This document shows, in pieces, positions 29,822 through 38,887 of a DNA stretch of 64,000 nt. The stretch covers positions 1 to 64,000 of the forward strand of contig JBFGJH010000008.1 of assembly GCA_041577335.1 (NCBI GenBank). Direction: 5' to 3'. The position numbers and the translations under genes are program-made. How positions within the stretch are numbered: the stretch's first letter is position 1; every line of letters begins with the position of its first letter. The notes beneath the pieces were generated by a model. It searched no databases and was not told where the DNA came from. It saw nothing but the letters and a program-made list of their open reading frames with translations. This DNA comes from Acidimicrobiia bacterium. GTDB taxonomy: Bacteria; Actinomycetota; Acidimicrobiia; Spongiisociales; JAENVV01.

Positions 29822-30547
29822 ATGAGTATCGACGCACTCGTTACCCGGATGGAGGCGATAGGCAAGGACCTGTCACCGACGCAGAGGTTGTTCCACGACA
29901 CCTACCTTCGGACCACCCAAGCGGTCGCCGCCGAGATCCACGGCGGCGGGTTTCGAGACACTGGCTGGGTGGAGCATTGGGATGTCGAATTCGCTGGTCT
30001 GTACCTCGACGCCGTCACCTCGCTGCGAGCCGGCAACCGGGTTCCAGGGCCATGGCACGTGGCCTTTGCCGCTGCCGACGGGCCTCGGCTTCCGCCACTC
30101 CGACACGTTCTGCTGGGCATGAACGCTCACATCAACTATGACCTACCCCAAGCACTCATCGCCGTGATCACCGATCACGAGTTCGACGATCCGGCTCTCC
30201 TCGCTAGGCGGAGAGCAGACCATGAGCACATCGACGAGATCCTCGCCGCGCGAGTGGCCGAGGAGTCCGGCGTCCTCAAGTCGTTGGAATTACCCGGGGA
30301 CCGCACGCTGCTCGGCAGGCTTCTCGAGCCCTTCAACCGACGTGGCACCGAGCGATTCCTCAAAGAAGCCCGCGCCAAGGTTTGGCGTAACGCCCACGCC
30401 CTGGCCATCGCGCGCCAAAACGGGCGGCTCACCGGGCGCCTTGCCGAGCTCGAGCGGCTGTCTGAGGCTCGTGTGGCTGACCTCATCCGGCCGGGCCACG
30501 TGCTGCTCGACCTCGCCCGGAGGGGGTTCGGCGTGGAGCTCGACTAG
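29822..30547 (+). CDS. DUF5995-like hypothetical protein
   Basis: F...YLRTT.AV, F.D..WVE.WDV.FA.LY, LLGMNAHINYDLP. RBS GGAAGG. Confidence 0.7.
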   Translation: MSIDALVTRMEAIGKDLSPTQRLFHDTYLRTTQAVAAEIHGGGFRDTGWVEHWDVEFAGLYLDAVTSLRAGNRVPGPWHVAFAAADGPRLPPLRHVLLGMNAHINYDLPQALIAVITDHEFDDPALLARRRADHEHIDEILAARVAEESGVLKSLELPGDRTLLGRLLEPFNRRGTERFLKEARAKVWRNAHALAIARQNGRLTGRLAELERLSEARVADLIRPGHVLLDLARRGFGVELD

Positions 30548-30576
30548 GCAACAGTGCGATCTCACGCGAGCCAGCC

Positions 30577-31266
30577 TCAGGCGCCCGCGCCGGCGAAAAG
30601 AATGACGAGGATCCACCCGAGGACTTGGGCCCCTATCAAGGCCGCCCCCACGATCAGGAGCACATTGATCCATCGCGCCAAAGGTCGTCGATGCCACGTC
30701 GCCGTGAAAATCAGCCCAATGAAGGGCAAGACGACAACGGTCACCCCATGCAGTAGCCCCATCAGCAGCAACAAGCCGCCCATCCGGCCCAGTCCTGATT
30801 GGACTTGTTCGCCAAGCTTCAGGGTTGCCTCGATGGGCCGTTCGAACTGTGTTGTCAGCAGGACGTAGCCGCCAAAAGTGAGGTAGTAGGCAACATCGAG
30901 CAGCCTGATGAACCGCTCGCCTGTCTCGGGGTTTGCACGGAACACGATGCCGGCGTAGCCGTCTCCAAACCGACGAATGGCAGGACCGAGGGCAATCACC
31001 ATCATCACGAGTGCCACCGCTTCGATGACCTCCATTGCTCGCCAATCGACGGCAGTCGTACCCAACGTGGTCACGGTGCGGAAACCCCAACCGGCGGCGA
31101 CCAGGCAAGAAAGAACGACGGCCACTGCGATCAGCACCCGCCGCAGGCGGCGCCGGTGGGCTCGATCCTCTTCGATCGAACGGTTGACCCGTGCCCACAG
31201 GTCGATGCTCGGCTCCAACTCATCGACCGTTGTCAATGCGTCCGTGATTCGCTGTTCGAGCGTCAT
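30577..31266 (-). CDS. Membrane protein, putative anti-sigma factor
   Basis: ATGA-coupled to the ECF sigma stop. Cytoplasmic N-helix LEQRITDAL...PSIDLWARV...HRRR followed by about 5 TM segments. Confidence 0.6.
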   Translation of the reverse strand: MTLEQRITDALTTVDELEPSIDLWARVNRSIEEDRAHRRRLRRVLIAVAVVLSCLVAAGWGFRTVTTLGTTAVDWRAMEVIEAVALVMMVIALGPAIRRFGDGYAGIVFRANPETGERFIRLLDVAYYLTFGGYVLLTTQFERPIEATLKLGEQVQSGLGRMGGLLLLMGLLHGVTVVVLPFIGLIFTATWHRRPLARWINVLLIVGAALIGAQVLGWILVILFAGAGA

Positions 31267-31799
31267 GGCACCATCCCCAGTCGTTTCTCGAGGGCGGCGA
31301 GAGCCCGACGGCAATGTGTCTTCACGGAATTCGGAGATATGCCCATCGTCTCGGCGATCTCGCGTTCTGAGAGGTCGAGGTAGAACCGAAGAACCACGCA
31401 GTCCCGTTGGCGGGCTGGAAGTGCCAGCACGGCGCTCAGGACTTCTCTTCGGTCCTCAGAGGCCAGAGCCTGTTCCTCAACGGCGGCTTGTGGCGGGGGT
31501 TCTCTGGTCTCCCTGTGGCGTAGCGACATAAGGCCGCGCCGGTTGTGATCCCGAGCCAGGTTGAGGACGATCGATCGCATGTAGGGAGCTGCCTTGTCGG
31601 GGTCTTTGATTCGATCCACAGTTCTCTGAAATCTGATGAACGCTTCCTGCACGAGATCTTCGGCGGCGTTGCGATCATCGGTGAAGATCCGCGCCAAGCG
31701 CACCAGCGACGTTGCCTCGGTCCGATAGAGTTCAGCAACCACGTCAGCGGTTGCGCTGTGCCCAGCGCTCGCCTCTGCCGTCTCTGCCGCACCCGTCAC
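31263..31799 (-). CDS. ECF RNA polymerase sigma factor (SigE-like)
   Basis: LVRLA...D...AEDLVQEAF, YMRSIVLNLARD, LPARQRDCVVLRFY.DLSE.EIA..MGIS..SVKTH. Confidence 0.9.
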   Translation of the reverse strand: MTGAAETAEASAGHSATADVVAELYRTEATSLVRLARIFTDDRNAAEDLVQEAFIRFQRTVDRIKDPDKAAPYMRSIVLNLARDHNRRGLMSLRHRETREPPPQAAVEEQALASEDRREVLSAVLALPARQRDCVVLRFYLDLSEREIAETMGISPNSVKTHCRRALAALEKRLGMVP

Positions 31800-31821
31800 C
31801 TATCGGGCCCCTTTCGCTTCT

Positions 31822-31857
31822 CGAAGGAGAGACCGGCAGAGGCCGGCCTCTCCTTCG
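31822..31857 (-). terminator. Stem-loop between the sod-like gene and the ECF sigma
   Basis: 16-bp stem on the minus transcript (one G.U pair): CGAAGGAGAGGCCGGC-ctct-GCCGGTCTCTCCTTCG. Confidence 0.6.
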
Positions 31858-31869
31858 CGCTCGCCATCA

Positions 31870-32367
31870 TCAGCCGAGATCGACGCACGCCAACCTCACG
31901 CTCGAGTCGGCCGGCCAGTGAATCACAATCGACTGGGCGTCCGGCCGTGCCCACGCCTCATGTCGCGCGCTACCAACTCCGTCACCGGCGGCGTTGGTCG
32001 AGACGGTCGGCCATATCTCGTTGAACTCATCGACCGGCCCACCGACTTCGTTCTGGTAGTGCCCACCGCCGGGAGGCGAGTAGCTGCACGGCTGGTTGTG
32101 TACGTGCACTTTGTACGTCGTGGTGGGGTCGAGGCCGGCCACCGTGACCTTGACTCGAGTGACGCCGCCTTCGGCCCGGTTACGCGCCATGAAGGCCGTG
32201 CCCGAGATCGAGTACCCAAGATCCGTCCCTCCCGGCAGCGTGACGAACCGACCCTTGGTGACAACGGTGCCGGAGTGGGCCGCCGTAGCCGGTCCGAGCG
32301 AGGCCATCACCAACAGCAGTGCGACTACTGCGAACCATTGCATTCCTTTGCGATGACTCATCGTCAT
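31870..32367 (-). CDS. Secreted Cu/Zn-superoxide-dismutase-fold protein, probably Cu-only
   Basis: Signal peptide; HVH, C..GGHY, SIVIH, RLAC. The His/His/Asp zinc loop is replaced by QNEVGGPVDEFNEIW. Confidence 0.75.
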   Translation of the reverse strand: MTMSHRKGMQWFAVVALLLVMASLGPATAAHSGTVVTKGRFVTLPGGTDLGYSISGTAFMARNRAEGGVTRVKVTVAGLDPTTTYKVHVHNQPCSYSPPGGGHYQNEVGGPVDEFNEIWPTVSTNAAGDGVGSARHEAWARPDAQSIVIHWPADSSVRLACVDLG

Positions 32368-32419
32368 CCCTCCTCATTGAGCCGGCGGCGGGCCGGAGCC
32401 GTGGCGAGCGGCGATCCAA

Positions 32420-32821
32420 TCAGGCAGCTTCGACGTGGGTGGAATCCCCGTCGTCGAGGCGGCGGTTCATCGAGAACAGCCGCCCCACGATGGGCAGGCT
32501 GAGGACATTGAGGCCGTGGAGGAATCCCATCAAGATCAACAACCCCCCGATGCGGATAGCAGTGGCCTGAAGCTGGTTCCCGGTGACCGTATCGTCCCAT
32601 CCAGTGTCCTGTGTGAACCGGACTGCGAAGAGAATGTAGGCGCCAAAGATCAGGTAGTAGGCGAAGTCCATGAGGATCAAGTAGCTCTTGCCCGTCCGGG
32701 GATTCGCCCGAAACACATCACCGGCGTAGCTCTTGCCGAACCTCTTGATGAGTGGGCCGACGACCACGACGATGGCAATCAGGATGGCCGCGGTAATCAG
32801 CTCGAGTATCCACCATTGCAT
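32420..32821 (-). CDS. Small membrane protein, paralog of the C-terminal domain of 30577..31266
   Basis: Three TM segments. GPLIKRFGKSYAGDVFRANP is near-identical to the neighbouring paralog. RBS GAGAGG. Confidence 0.7.
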   Translation of the reverse strand: MQWWILELITAAILIAIVVVVGPLIKRFGKSYAGDVFRANPRTGKSYLILMDFAYYLIFGAYILFAVRFTQDTGWDDTVTGNQLQATAIRIGGLLILMGFLHGLNVLSLPIVGRLFSMNRRLDDGDSTHVEAA

Positions 32822-32915
32822 GAGTGACCTCTCATTGCAGACTGTACTCCCCTACAGACGAGCGAACAGCCCAGTTGGGTGACAAGAATCTGCGCCGTCG
32901 GCGGATGCTGGCTGG

Positions 32916-33090
32916 GTCATTGAACCCCGGGTTCAACCTGGGTGCCCACGGTTGCAAAGACGCGTCACTGAACCCCGGGTTCAACCTGGGTGCCCACGGT
33001 TGCAAAGACGCGTCACTGAACCCCGGGTACAACCTGGGTGCCCACCGTTGCAAAAACGCGTCACTGAACGCCGGGTTCAACCCCGGGTTC
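32916..33090. repeat. 48-bp tandem repeat, about 3.5 copies, with internal palindrome (REP/BIME-like)
   Basis: Units start at 32916, 32964, 33012 and 33060: GTCACTGAACCCCGGGTTCAACCTGGGTGCCCACGGTTGCAAAGACGC. Core TGAACCC-C-GGGTTCA. Confidence 0.9.
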
Positions 33091-33096
33091 GGCTAA

Positions 33097-33474
33097 CTAG
33101 CTCGTTGGCTCGCCGACGGTGAAGTGGATTTCGGGGTGGTTGCCGTTGGTGAGCTCAACGGCTCGGGCCACGGCGGTCAAGACCACGGCCTCGAGTGACT
33201 CATCCCAATCCTCGGGGGGCCAGTGATGACCGGCACCTCCCAGTGCCCTACCGACCACCGCGATCTCATGTTCACCGGCCACGAACTCGAACTCCATGGC
33301 ATCAACCAGCGGCGATTTCAAGAGCAGCGAATAGACCTCATCGATTGCCAGCCCCAAATCGTCGAGCTGGTCGACGGGCAGCGTCTCCGCCGCCGTAGCG
33401 TTGGCCACCATCCTCACGATGCGAGCGTACGGAGCGTGAGCCGGCGTCGACACCACGGTGTTGGCTGCGTTCAT
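33097..33474 (-). CDS. Anti-sigma factor, RsbW/UsfX-like degenerate HATPase
   Basis: PAHAPYARIVRMVA...DDLGLAIDE. Divergent from the rsbV-sigB operon. Confidence 0.7.
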   Translation of the reverse strand: MNAANTVVSTPAHAPYARIVRMVANATAAETLPVDQLDDLGLAIDEVYSLLLKSPLVDAMEFEFVAGEHEIAVVGRALGGAGHHWPPEDWDESLEAVVLTAVARAVELTNGNHPEIHFTVGEPTS

Positions 33475-33518
33475 CACACGCATACTATGACCCCTGCGCG
33501 CCGATTAGCATCCAGCTC

Positions 33519-33857
33519 GTGATGGATATCCTGACGCTGGACGTGGCAGAGAGAAGCGGCCGGCGCGTTCTGATGGCAAACGGGGAAATCGACCTCGCCA
33601 CCGCTCCGATGCTCGAAGAGCGGCTGGAAGAGCTGCTGAGCGACGGCGGGGTCGTGCTCGACCTCACTGCGGTAAGTTTCATCGACTCCACCGGCCTGCG
33701 AGTGATCCTCAACGCGCACCAGAACGCCGAGGATCAGGCGCAATCGTTCCCGATCGTCGCCGTTGACGGACCGGTGATGCGCCTCTTCGACATCACTGGC
33801 GTCGGCAATCGCCTCGCGCTGTTCAGCTCGATGGACGACGCCCTCGCCGATGAGTGA
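33519..33857 (+). CDS. rsbV: Anti-anti-sigma factor (STAS domain, RsbV-like)
   Basis: GEIDLATAP, DLTAVSFIDSTGL with the phospho-acceptor Ser, RLFDITG. Confidence 0.9.
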   Translation: MMDILTLDVAERSGRRVLMANGEIDLATAPMLEERLEELLSDGGVVLDLTAVSFIDSTGLRVILNAHQNAEDQAQSFPIVAVDGPVMRLFDITGVGNRLALFSSMDDALADE

Positions 33858-34233
33858 AGGCTCAGCGGCTGATAGCTTCCGACTGAGCCTCCCTGCCGAC
33901 CCGAAGCAAGTTGGGGCGGCCCGGCTCTTCGTGGCCACGACCTTCCGCATGCTGGGCGCCGACGAGGACCTCGTCGCCGATCTCAAGCTGGCAGTGTCCG
34001 AAGCAGCGTCAGCGATTGTTCGTGCCCAGGGCCTTGCCGGCCGCATACTCATCGAGATATCGTCGGTAGCAAGCGGCGAGACGGTCACCATCGGGCCACT
34101 CACAGCGGACGACATGGCTGCCGACGACGGAATCGCCCCTGGCGACGTGGTGGTTGCGGTCTTCCGCGATGCTCGCATCGATGAGCACAAACACGCCCTC
34201 GTCATCCCCGTCAACCGTCCGAGAGATTCGTGA
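33850..34233 (+). CDS. RsbW-like anti-sigma factor with degenerate ATP-binding boxes
   Basis: LSLPADP.QV..ARLF, DLKLAVSEA. Located between STAS and sigma with overlapping codons. Confidence 0.7.
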   Translation: MSEGSAADSFRLSLPADPKQVGAARLFVATTFRMLGADEDLVADLKLAVSEAASAIVRAQGLAGRILIEISSVASGETVTIGPLTADDMAADDGIAPGDVVVAVFRDARIDEHKHALVIPVNRPRDS

Positions 34234-35000
34234 GCTGGGACGCCACAGGCTCCGGCGACTCCGAGGCCGACCTCTTCGAACGGCGGCGAGAGCCGGCGGC
34301 GCTTCGGGAACTCGTCGACCGTTATACGCCGCTGGCTGACCGCCTGGCGCGCCGCTACCAGGGAAGGGGTGAGCCGCTCGACGACTTGAGGCAAGTCGCA
34401 GCCATCGGCCTCTTGAAATCGATCGAGCGGTTCGATGCCGATCGAGCGGTGAAGTTCGCCACCTTCGCAACGACCACGATCTTGGGCGAGCTTCGACGAC
34501 ACCTTCGCGACAAGACGTGGTCGGTCCGTGTGCCACGTTCGCTCCAGGAGCAGTGGATGAACGTTGCGAGGGCGTCTGCCGAGCTCACGCAGCGTCGTGG
34601 GCACGCGCCAACAGTCGCCGACATTGCCAAGGCACTGGACATCAGCCCGGACGAAGTCCTCGAAGCCATGGACGCCGGGAGCGCATACACGGCGGGCTCT
34701 CTCGATGCTCCCGTCACTTCGGACGAAGGCGCTGCGACCGTCGGTCAGCTCCTGCCTCATATCGACCGCAACCTCGACAACGCTCAAGATCGAGTCACGG
34801 TGGCGGCTCAGCTGCGGGCGCTGCCCGAGCGGCAGCGCGTCATCCTCTACCTCCGCTTCTTCGAAGGGCTCACCCAAGGAGAAATCGCCGATGAGATCGG
34901 CATCTCGCAAATGCACGTGTCCCGCCTGCTCCGCAAGGCAATCGCCGACCTGAAGCATCACCTGATCGACGATTCGCCATCTGACGCCGGGCCCTTCTAG
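34230..35000 (+). CDS. sigB: SigB/SigF/SigG family RNA polymerase sigma factor
   Basis: GEPLDDLRQVAAIGLLKSIERFD, FATTTILGELRRHLRDKTWSVRVPRSLQE, TQGEIADEIGISQMHVSRLL. Confidence 0.9.
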   Translation: MSWDATGSGDSEADLFERRREPAALRELVDRYTPLADRLARRYQGRGEPLDDLRQVAAIGLLKSIERFDADRAVKFATFATTTILGELRRHLRDKTWSVRVPRSLQEQWMNVARASAELTQRRGHAPTVADIAKALDISPDEVLEAMDAGSAYTAGSLDAPVTSDEGAATVGQLLPHIDRNLDNAQDRVTVAAQLRALPERQRVILYLRFFEGLTQGEIADEIGISQMHVSRLLRKAIADLKHHLIDDSPSDAGPF

Positions 35001-36214
35001 AACTCCCGCCGAGCAGGTCGAATCGCCAGAACCGCCAGCTTTCGCAATGGCGATCGAGCCGCCACCGCGGCGGGTGTGGCGGCAGTCGAGGCGGCGAGGT
35101 CTTCGTGGAAGTGCTGTTCCAGCTTGGCGGTCACCTCCGGATCGAACACCACCAGACCCACCTCTTCGTCCTTTTCGACCGACCTTCGATTTACGTTCAC
35201 CGAGCCAACCAGCGCTGCAGCTCCATCCACGAGAACAGCTTTCACGTGCATCATGGTGGGCTGATAGATCGCCACGCGAACGCCGTCTTCGAGGAGCCGC
35301 GCATATCGCTCTTCGGCGACCACCTCGCTGATCCTCTTGTCGATGTGTGGGCCGGGCAACAATATGTCGACCTCCACCCGCCGGCGCCGTGCCTCGATCA
35401 GCATGTCGATGAGCTCGTCCGTCGGATTGAAATACGGCGTCTGAATCATGATCCGATTCTCGGCTGCAGCGATGAGGGCTTCCAACACTCTCTCGGCATC
35501 GTTGAACCCGATCTGAGCAGATCCATCTATGACGGCCACTCGTGAGCTGCCCATGGCGGCAGGCTTGTCGACGTCGATGTCGGCGTGATCGATCGGCTGC
35601 CCCAGGTCCCGCCAGTCCGTGAGAAAGGCTGCTCGCAAGCCCATGACCGCGGGGCCTTCGACCCCGAAATGGGTATCGCGCCATTCAGAAGGGTTGCGCG
35701 CATCGCCCTGCCACTCCTCGGCAATCCCAACCCCACCGGTGAAGGCCACGCGGTCATCGCAGACGAGGACTTTTCGATGGGTTCGATGATCTGATTCCCA
35801 AATCTTCCAGCGCACCACCGGCCGGAACCGCTCAACCACGGCCCCGGCCATTCGCATTTCTTCGATCAACGAGGTGTCCATCGGTAAGGAGCCGAATCCG
35901 TCCAAGATCACCCGCACCCGAACACCCTGGCGAGCCTTGTCGGCGAGGGCGCTGCTGAAGCGGCGAGCGATGTCGCCTGTCCAGTACACGAAGGTGACGA
36001 AGTCGATTGAATGACGGGCGGCCTCGATGGACTCGAGCATGGCAGGAAAGATCTCGTCCCCGTTCCGAAGAATTCGAATGTCGTTTCCGGAAGTGACGAT
36101 CGGGCCGAGGACCGCCTGCACCGCTCGCTCGACGCGATCGGCCGCTGTTCTTGCCTCGCGTGACTCCATCAGGGGGGTGATATCGGCTGCCGCCAAGTCT
36201 TCGTGATCGATCAT
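34997..36214 (-). CDS. cls: Cardiolipin synthase / phospholipase D family (ClsB-like)
   Basis: Two HKD motifs (HRKVLVCD, HVKAVLVD), LRNGDEIFPAML, WRDTH, QTPYF. Confidence 0.85.
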   Translation of the reverse strand: MIDHEDLAAADITPLMESREARTAADRVERAVQAVLGPIVTSGNDIRILRNGDEIFPAMLESIEAARHSIDFVTFVYWTGDIARRFSSALADKARQGVRVRVILDGFGSLPMDTSLIEEMRMAGAVVERFRPVVRWKIWESDHRTHRKVLVCDDRVAFTGGVGIAEEWQGDARNPSEWRDTHFGVEGPAVMGLRAAFLTDWRDLGQPIDHADIDVDKPAAMGSSRVAVIDGSAQIGFNDAERVLEALIAAAENRIMIQTPYFNPTDELIDMLIEARRRRVEVDILLPGPHIDKRISEVVAEERYARLLEDGVRVAIYQPTMMHVKAVLVDGAAALVGSVNVNRRSVEKDEEVGLVVFDPEVTAKLEQHFHEDLAASTAATPAAVAARSPLRKLAVLAIRPARREF

Positions 36215-37044
36215 CCGGGCGGCTCCAGCATCTCACGAAGTGCGTCGAGATCGAGGTCTGGCTGCGGATAGGCGAGGTTGAGCGAGCGAAGCTGCTCCAC
36301 GAGCAGCGTGGCGATCGCCCAATTTCGGTACCACTTGTTGTCGGCGGGCACCACATACCAGGGCGCGATGTCCCAATTGGTCCGCGTGACCATCTCGCCG
36401 TACGCGTTTTGGAATTCGTCCCACATGCGCCGGGTCTCGATATCGGATTCGGCAAACTTCCATCGCTTGTCCGGGCGCCGCAGGCGGCGCAGGAAGCGTC
36501 GGCGTTGCTCGTCGTAGGAGATATTGAGCAGGCATTTGACAATCACGGTGCCGCTCTCGACGAGGCCTTCTTCGAACGCCATGATCTCCTTGGCCATGCG
36601 ATCGATTTCGCCCGCGTCCGCCGAATGATGGGCCAACGGAATGAGCAAGTCCTCGTAATGAGACCGGTCGAAGACCGCCAGGGAACCCGGTGCCGGGGCC
36701 GCCTTGCGGATCCTCCACAAGAAGTCATGCTCCTGTTCTTCTTCGGTCGGCTCCGTGAATGAACTCACCGAGAGACCGGCAGGATTCACGGCACTCACGA
36801 CGTGCTTGATGGTCCCGTTCTTTCCGGAAGCGTCGGTGCCTTGCAGCACGAGGAGAACGCTTCGCTCTTGTCCTGCCATCATCAGCTCGTGCAGATCAAA
36901 GAGCTCCTCCCTGAGCTCAGTGAGCGCCCGTTGGGCGTCCGATTTCGAAGAGACGCCCGGAGTGGCGCCGGCGTCGTACCCGGCCAGCGTGAACGATCCT
37001 TCGATCGGCGTGGCCTGAAGCTCGACATTGAGGCCTGTCTTCAT
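36211..37044 (-). CDS. ppk2: Polyphosphate kinase 2 family
   Basis: LQGTDASGK, PTEEEQEHDFLWR, FDRSHYED, KRWKF, APWYVVPADNKWYRN. Confidence 0.9.
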   Translation of the reverse strand: MKTGLNVELQATPIEGSFTLAGYDAGATPGVSSKSDAQRALTELREELFDLHELMMAGQERSVLLVLQGTDASGKNGTIKHVVSAVNPAGLSVSSFTEPTEEEQEHDFLWRIRKAAPAPGSLAVFDRSHYEDLLIPLAHHSADAGEIDRMAKEIMAFEEGLVESGTVIVKCLLNISYDEQRRRFLRRLRRPDKRWKFAESDIETRRMWDEFQNAYGEMVTRTNWDIAPWYVVPADNKWYRNWAIATLLVEQLRSLNLAYPQPDLDLDALREMLEPPG

Positions 37045-38000
37045 TTCACCATCTCCTCAAACGAAAGGTGGATGTCGAGCGGGGCCGCCGAGGGACGATC
37101 TGCCCGCGGCTCCTCGATTCCAGCCCTTTCAGCTTCCATCTGAGCCGCCACCGCCAAGCCGTACAGAATGGCGATTGCGGAGAGCTGAGCCCATAGCGCA
37201 AGGCCGATGACGCCCGCGAGAGGGCCGTACGTTTCGCCGAACGTGTTCGAAGCGTTGAGATACAGGGCCAAACCCATCGAAACCACGACCCACGCAACGG
37301 CCGCCACTGCTCCGCCCATCGCCAGCCACATCACGGATGGTTGGTTGCGATTCGGAGCGAATTTGAACACCGCGGCGAGCGCCAAGGTCAGAGCCAGGAT
37401 GCCGACTGGCCAGCGGGCAGCTGCCCAAATCGTTGCCGGCTCGGCGTCGAAGTATTCACGTATGGATCCGCCGAGGGCGACAAGGATGAATGCCACCGAC
37501 AGCAGCAGCCCTGCCGAAAGAGTGAGTGCAGTCGCCATGCCGTAGCGTCTGATCGTCGGGCGATCGGCGTCGATGCCGTAGATTCGCGAGGCACCGCGCT
37601 GAAGTTGAGCCATCGCGGTAACGGCCGACACAATCATCGCAATCCCGCCGAGAACGATCGCGATCTGATTACCCCGCGAACCGTTCTCGGCGCCCTGCGC
37701 GAATGCACCGAGCAGGACGTCGCCGGCGGGACCCGCCGCGAGAGATTCGATCATGGTGCGGAGGATTCCTTGAAGCCGGCCCTCGCCCAGGGCTGCGGCG
37801 ACGGCCACCACAAAGATCGTGCCTGGCACCAAGGTCAGAATGACTTGAAACGCCAGGGACCGGGCAAAGCTGAAACCGTCGGCGTACCGGAAGCGCACAA
37901 ATGCCCTTTGCGCGATCGTCGGCCGGGCCCGAGCAATTGTCGAGAGGACGTCATCGCTCTCGAGGTCGCGTGTTTCCGGGACAAAGGTCACCGTGCTCAT
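37041..38000 (-). CDS. YihY/virulence factor BrkB family membrane protein
   Basis: DGFSFARSLAF, RIYGI..DRP, TFGETYGPLAGVIG. Start at ATG 38000 overlaps the upstream stop. Confidence 0.8.
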   Translation of the reverse strand: MSTVTFVPETRDLESDDVLSTIARARPTIAQRAFVRFRYADGFSFARSLAFQVILTLVPGTIFVVAVAAALGEGRLQGILRTMIESLAAGPAGDVLLGAFAQGAENGSRGNQIAIVLGGIAMIVSAVTAMAQLQRGASRIYGIDADRPTIRRYGMATALTLSAGLLLSVAFILVALGGSIREYFDAEPATIWAAARWPVGILALTLALAAVFKFAPNRNQPSVMWLAMGGAVAAVAWVVVSMGLALYLNASNTFGETYGPLAGVIGLALWAQLSAIAILYGLAVAAQMEAERAGIEEPRADRPSAAPLDIHLSFEEMVK

Positions 38001-38887
38001 ACCGAGTCCTCCCGGGGCGCAATCACTGCTACTGCGTCCGGGACGACCCAGAACTTCACTTGCGTCGTCGGGTCCCGGTCTTCTCCGTCGATTTGGTAGG
38101 GCACCGGGTCGCTCATCGTCGCGATCAATGCGGCATCGCGGAAGCGTTCGACTCGGCCCGTCGCTGTCTCTTTGCGCAGCACCGCCCAGGCGGCCAGCGC
38201 CCACTCCCACGGACTACGCGCCGAGGCAACGAGCACATCCAACTGCCCATCGTGCGCCGAGGCATCGGGAAACAGTGTGAGCCCGCCCTGGAGGTCTCCG
38301 TGGTTGGCGACAACCACGGACGATGCGGCGCCTGTCCATGCCAGGGTGCCGCTGAGTGCGAGTGTTGCAGTGAAGCGATGATCACGAAGATGCCGCATGG
38401 TCGTGGCGACATATGCCAAAGCGCCGAACGCCTCCTTCGCGTCACGCTCGGTGTCCTGCATGATCCGGGCGTCCACACCCAATCCGGCCATAACGGCGAA
38501 CGCTTCTCCGTTTGCGTAGCCAAGGTCGATCGGAACGGGAGATTCGGACATGACCACGTCGAGTGCCCGCTCAGCCTCGAGAGGGATGCCCAGGTTGCGG
38601 GCAAGAAGATTCCCGGTACCGGCGGGAATGATCCCAACCGCAGCGCTGCTGCCGGCGGCCGCCTCGAGACAGGCGCGAACCGTGCCGTCTCCGCCGCAGG
38701 CGATGATCACACCGGCTCCACTGGAAATGGCCCGCTCAGTCTGGCCTTTGCCCGGATCATCAGCAGTTGTCTCGATCCAGTCCGCGCTCACGTTGCACTT
38801 GCTGAGCAGCTGTCGAAGCTCCTCTGCCTCGTCAGCGGCGCCAACGGGGTTGACGATCACTGCCAGTGGGGCGGCGTCCAAAGTCAT
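37997..38887 (-). CDS. Diacylglycerol kinase family lipid kinase (YegS/DgkB-like)
   Basis: IVNP, GGDGTV, PAGTGNLLARNLG, AG.GVDA, DGQLDV, QIDGE. Confidence 0.9.
   Translation of the reverse strand: MTLDAAPLAVIVNPVGAADEAEELRQLLSKCNVSADWIETTADDPGKGQTERAISSGAGVIIACGGDGTVRACLEAAAGSSAAVGIIPAGTGNLLARNLGIPLEAERALDVVMSESPVPIDLGYANGEAFAVMAGLGVDARIMQDTERDAKEAFGALAYVATTMRHLRDHRFTATLALSGTLAWTGAASSVVVANHGDLQGGLTLFPDASAHDGQLDVLVASARSPWEWALAAWAVLRKETATGRVERFRDAALIATMSDPVPYQIDGEDRDPTTQVKFWVVPDAVAVIAPREDSV

Noticed and set aside
32916..33090. CRISPR array or repeat-peptide gene (ASLNPGFNLGAHGCKD)n
   Set aside because: The units are contiguous and nearly identical with no unique spacers, and no cas genes are present. 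The ORFs on both strands arise because 48 is divisible by 3.
33487..33513. Tenth SigB-type promoter (GGAT-N16-GGGTCA, minus strand) for the divergent anti-sigma
   Set aside because: Both boxes deviate from the otherwise invariant motif. It is possible but was not counted.
33474..35684. 736-aa minus-strand ORF
   Set aside because: It is an antisense/alternate-frame shadow of rsbV-rsbW-sigB and cls, with no recognisable domain. Such ORFs are typical of high-GC DNA.
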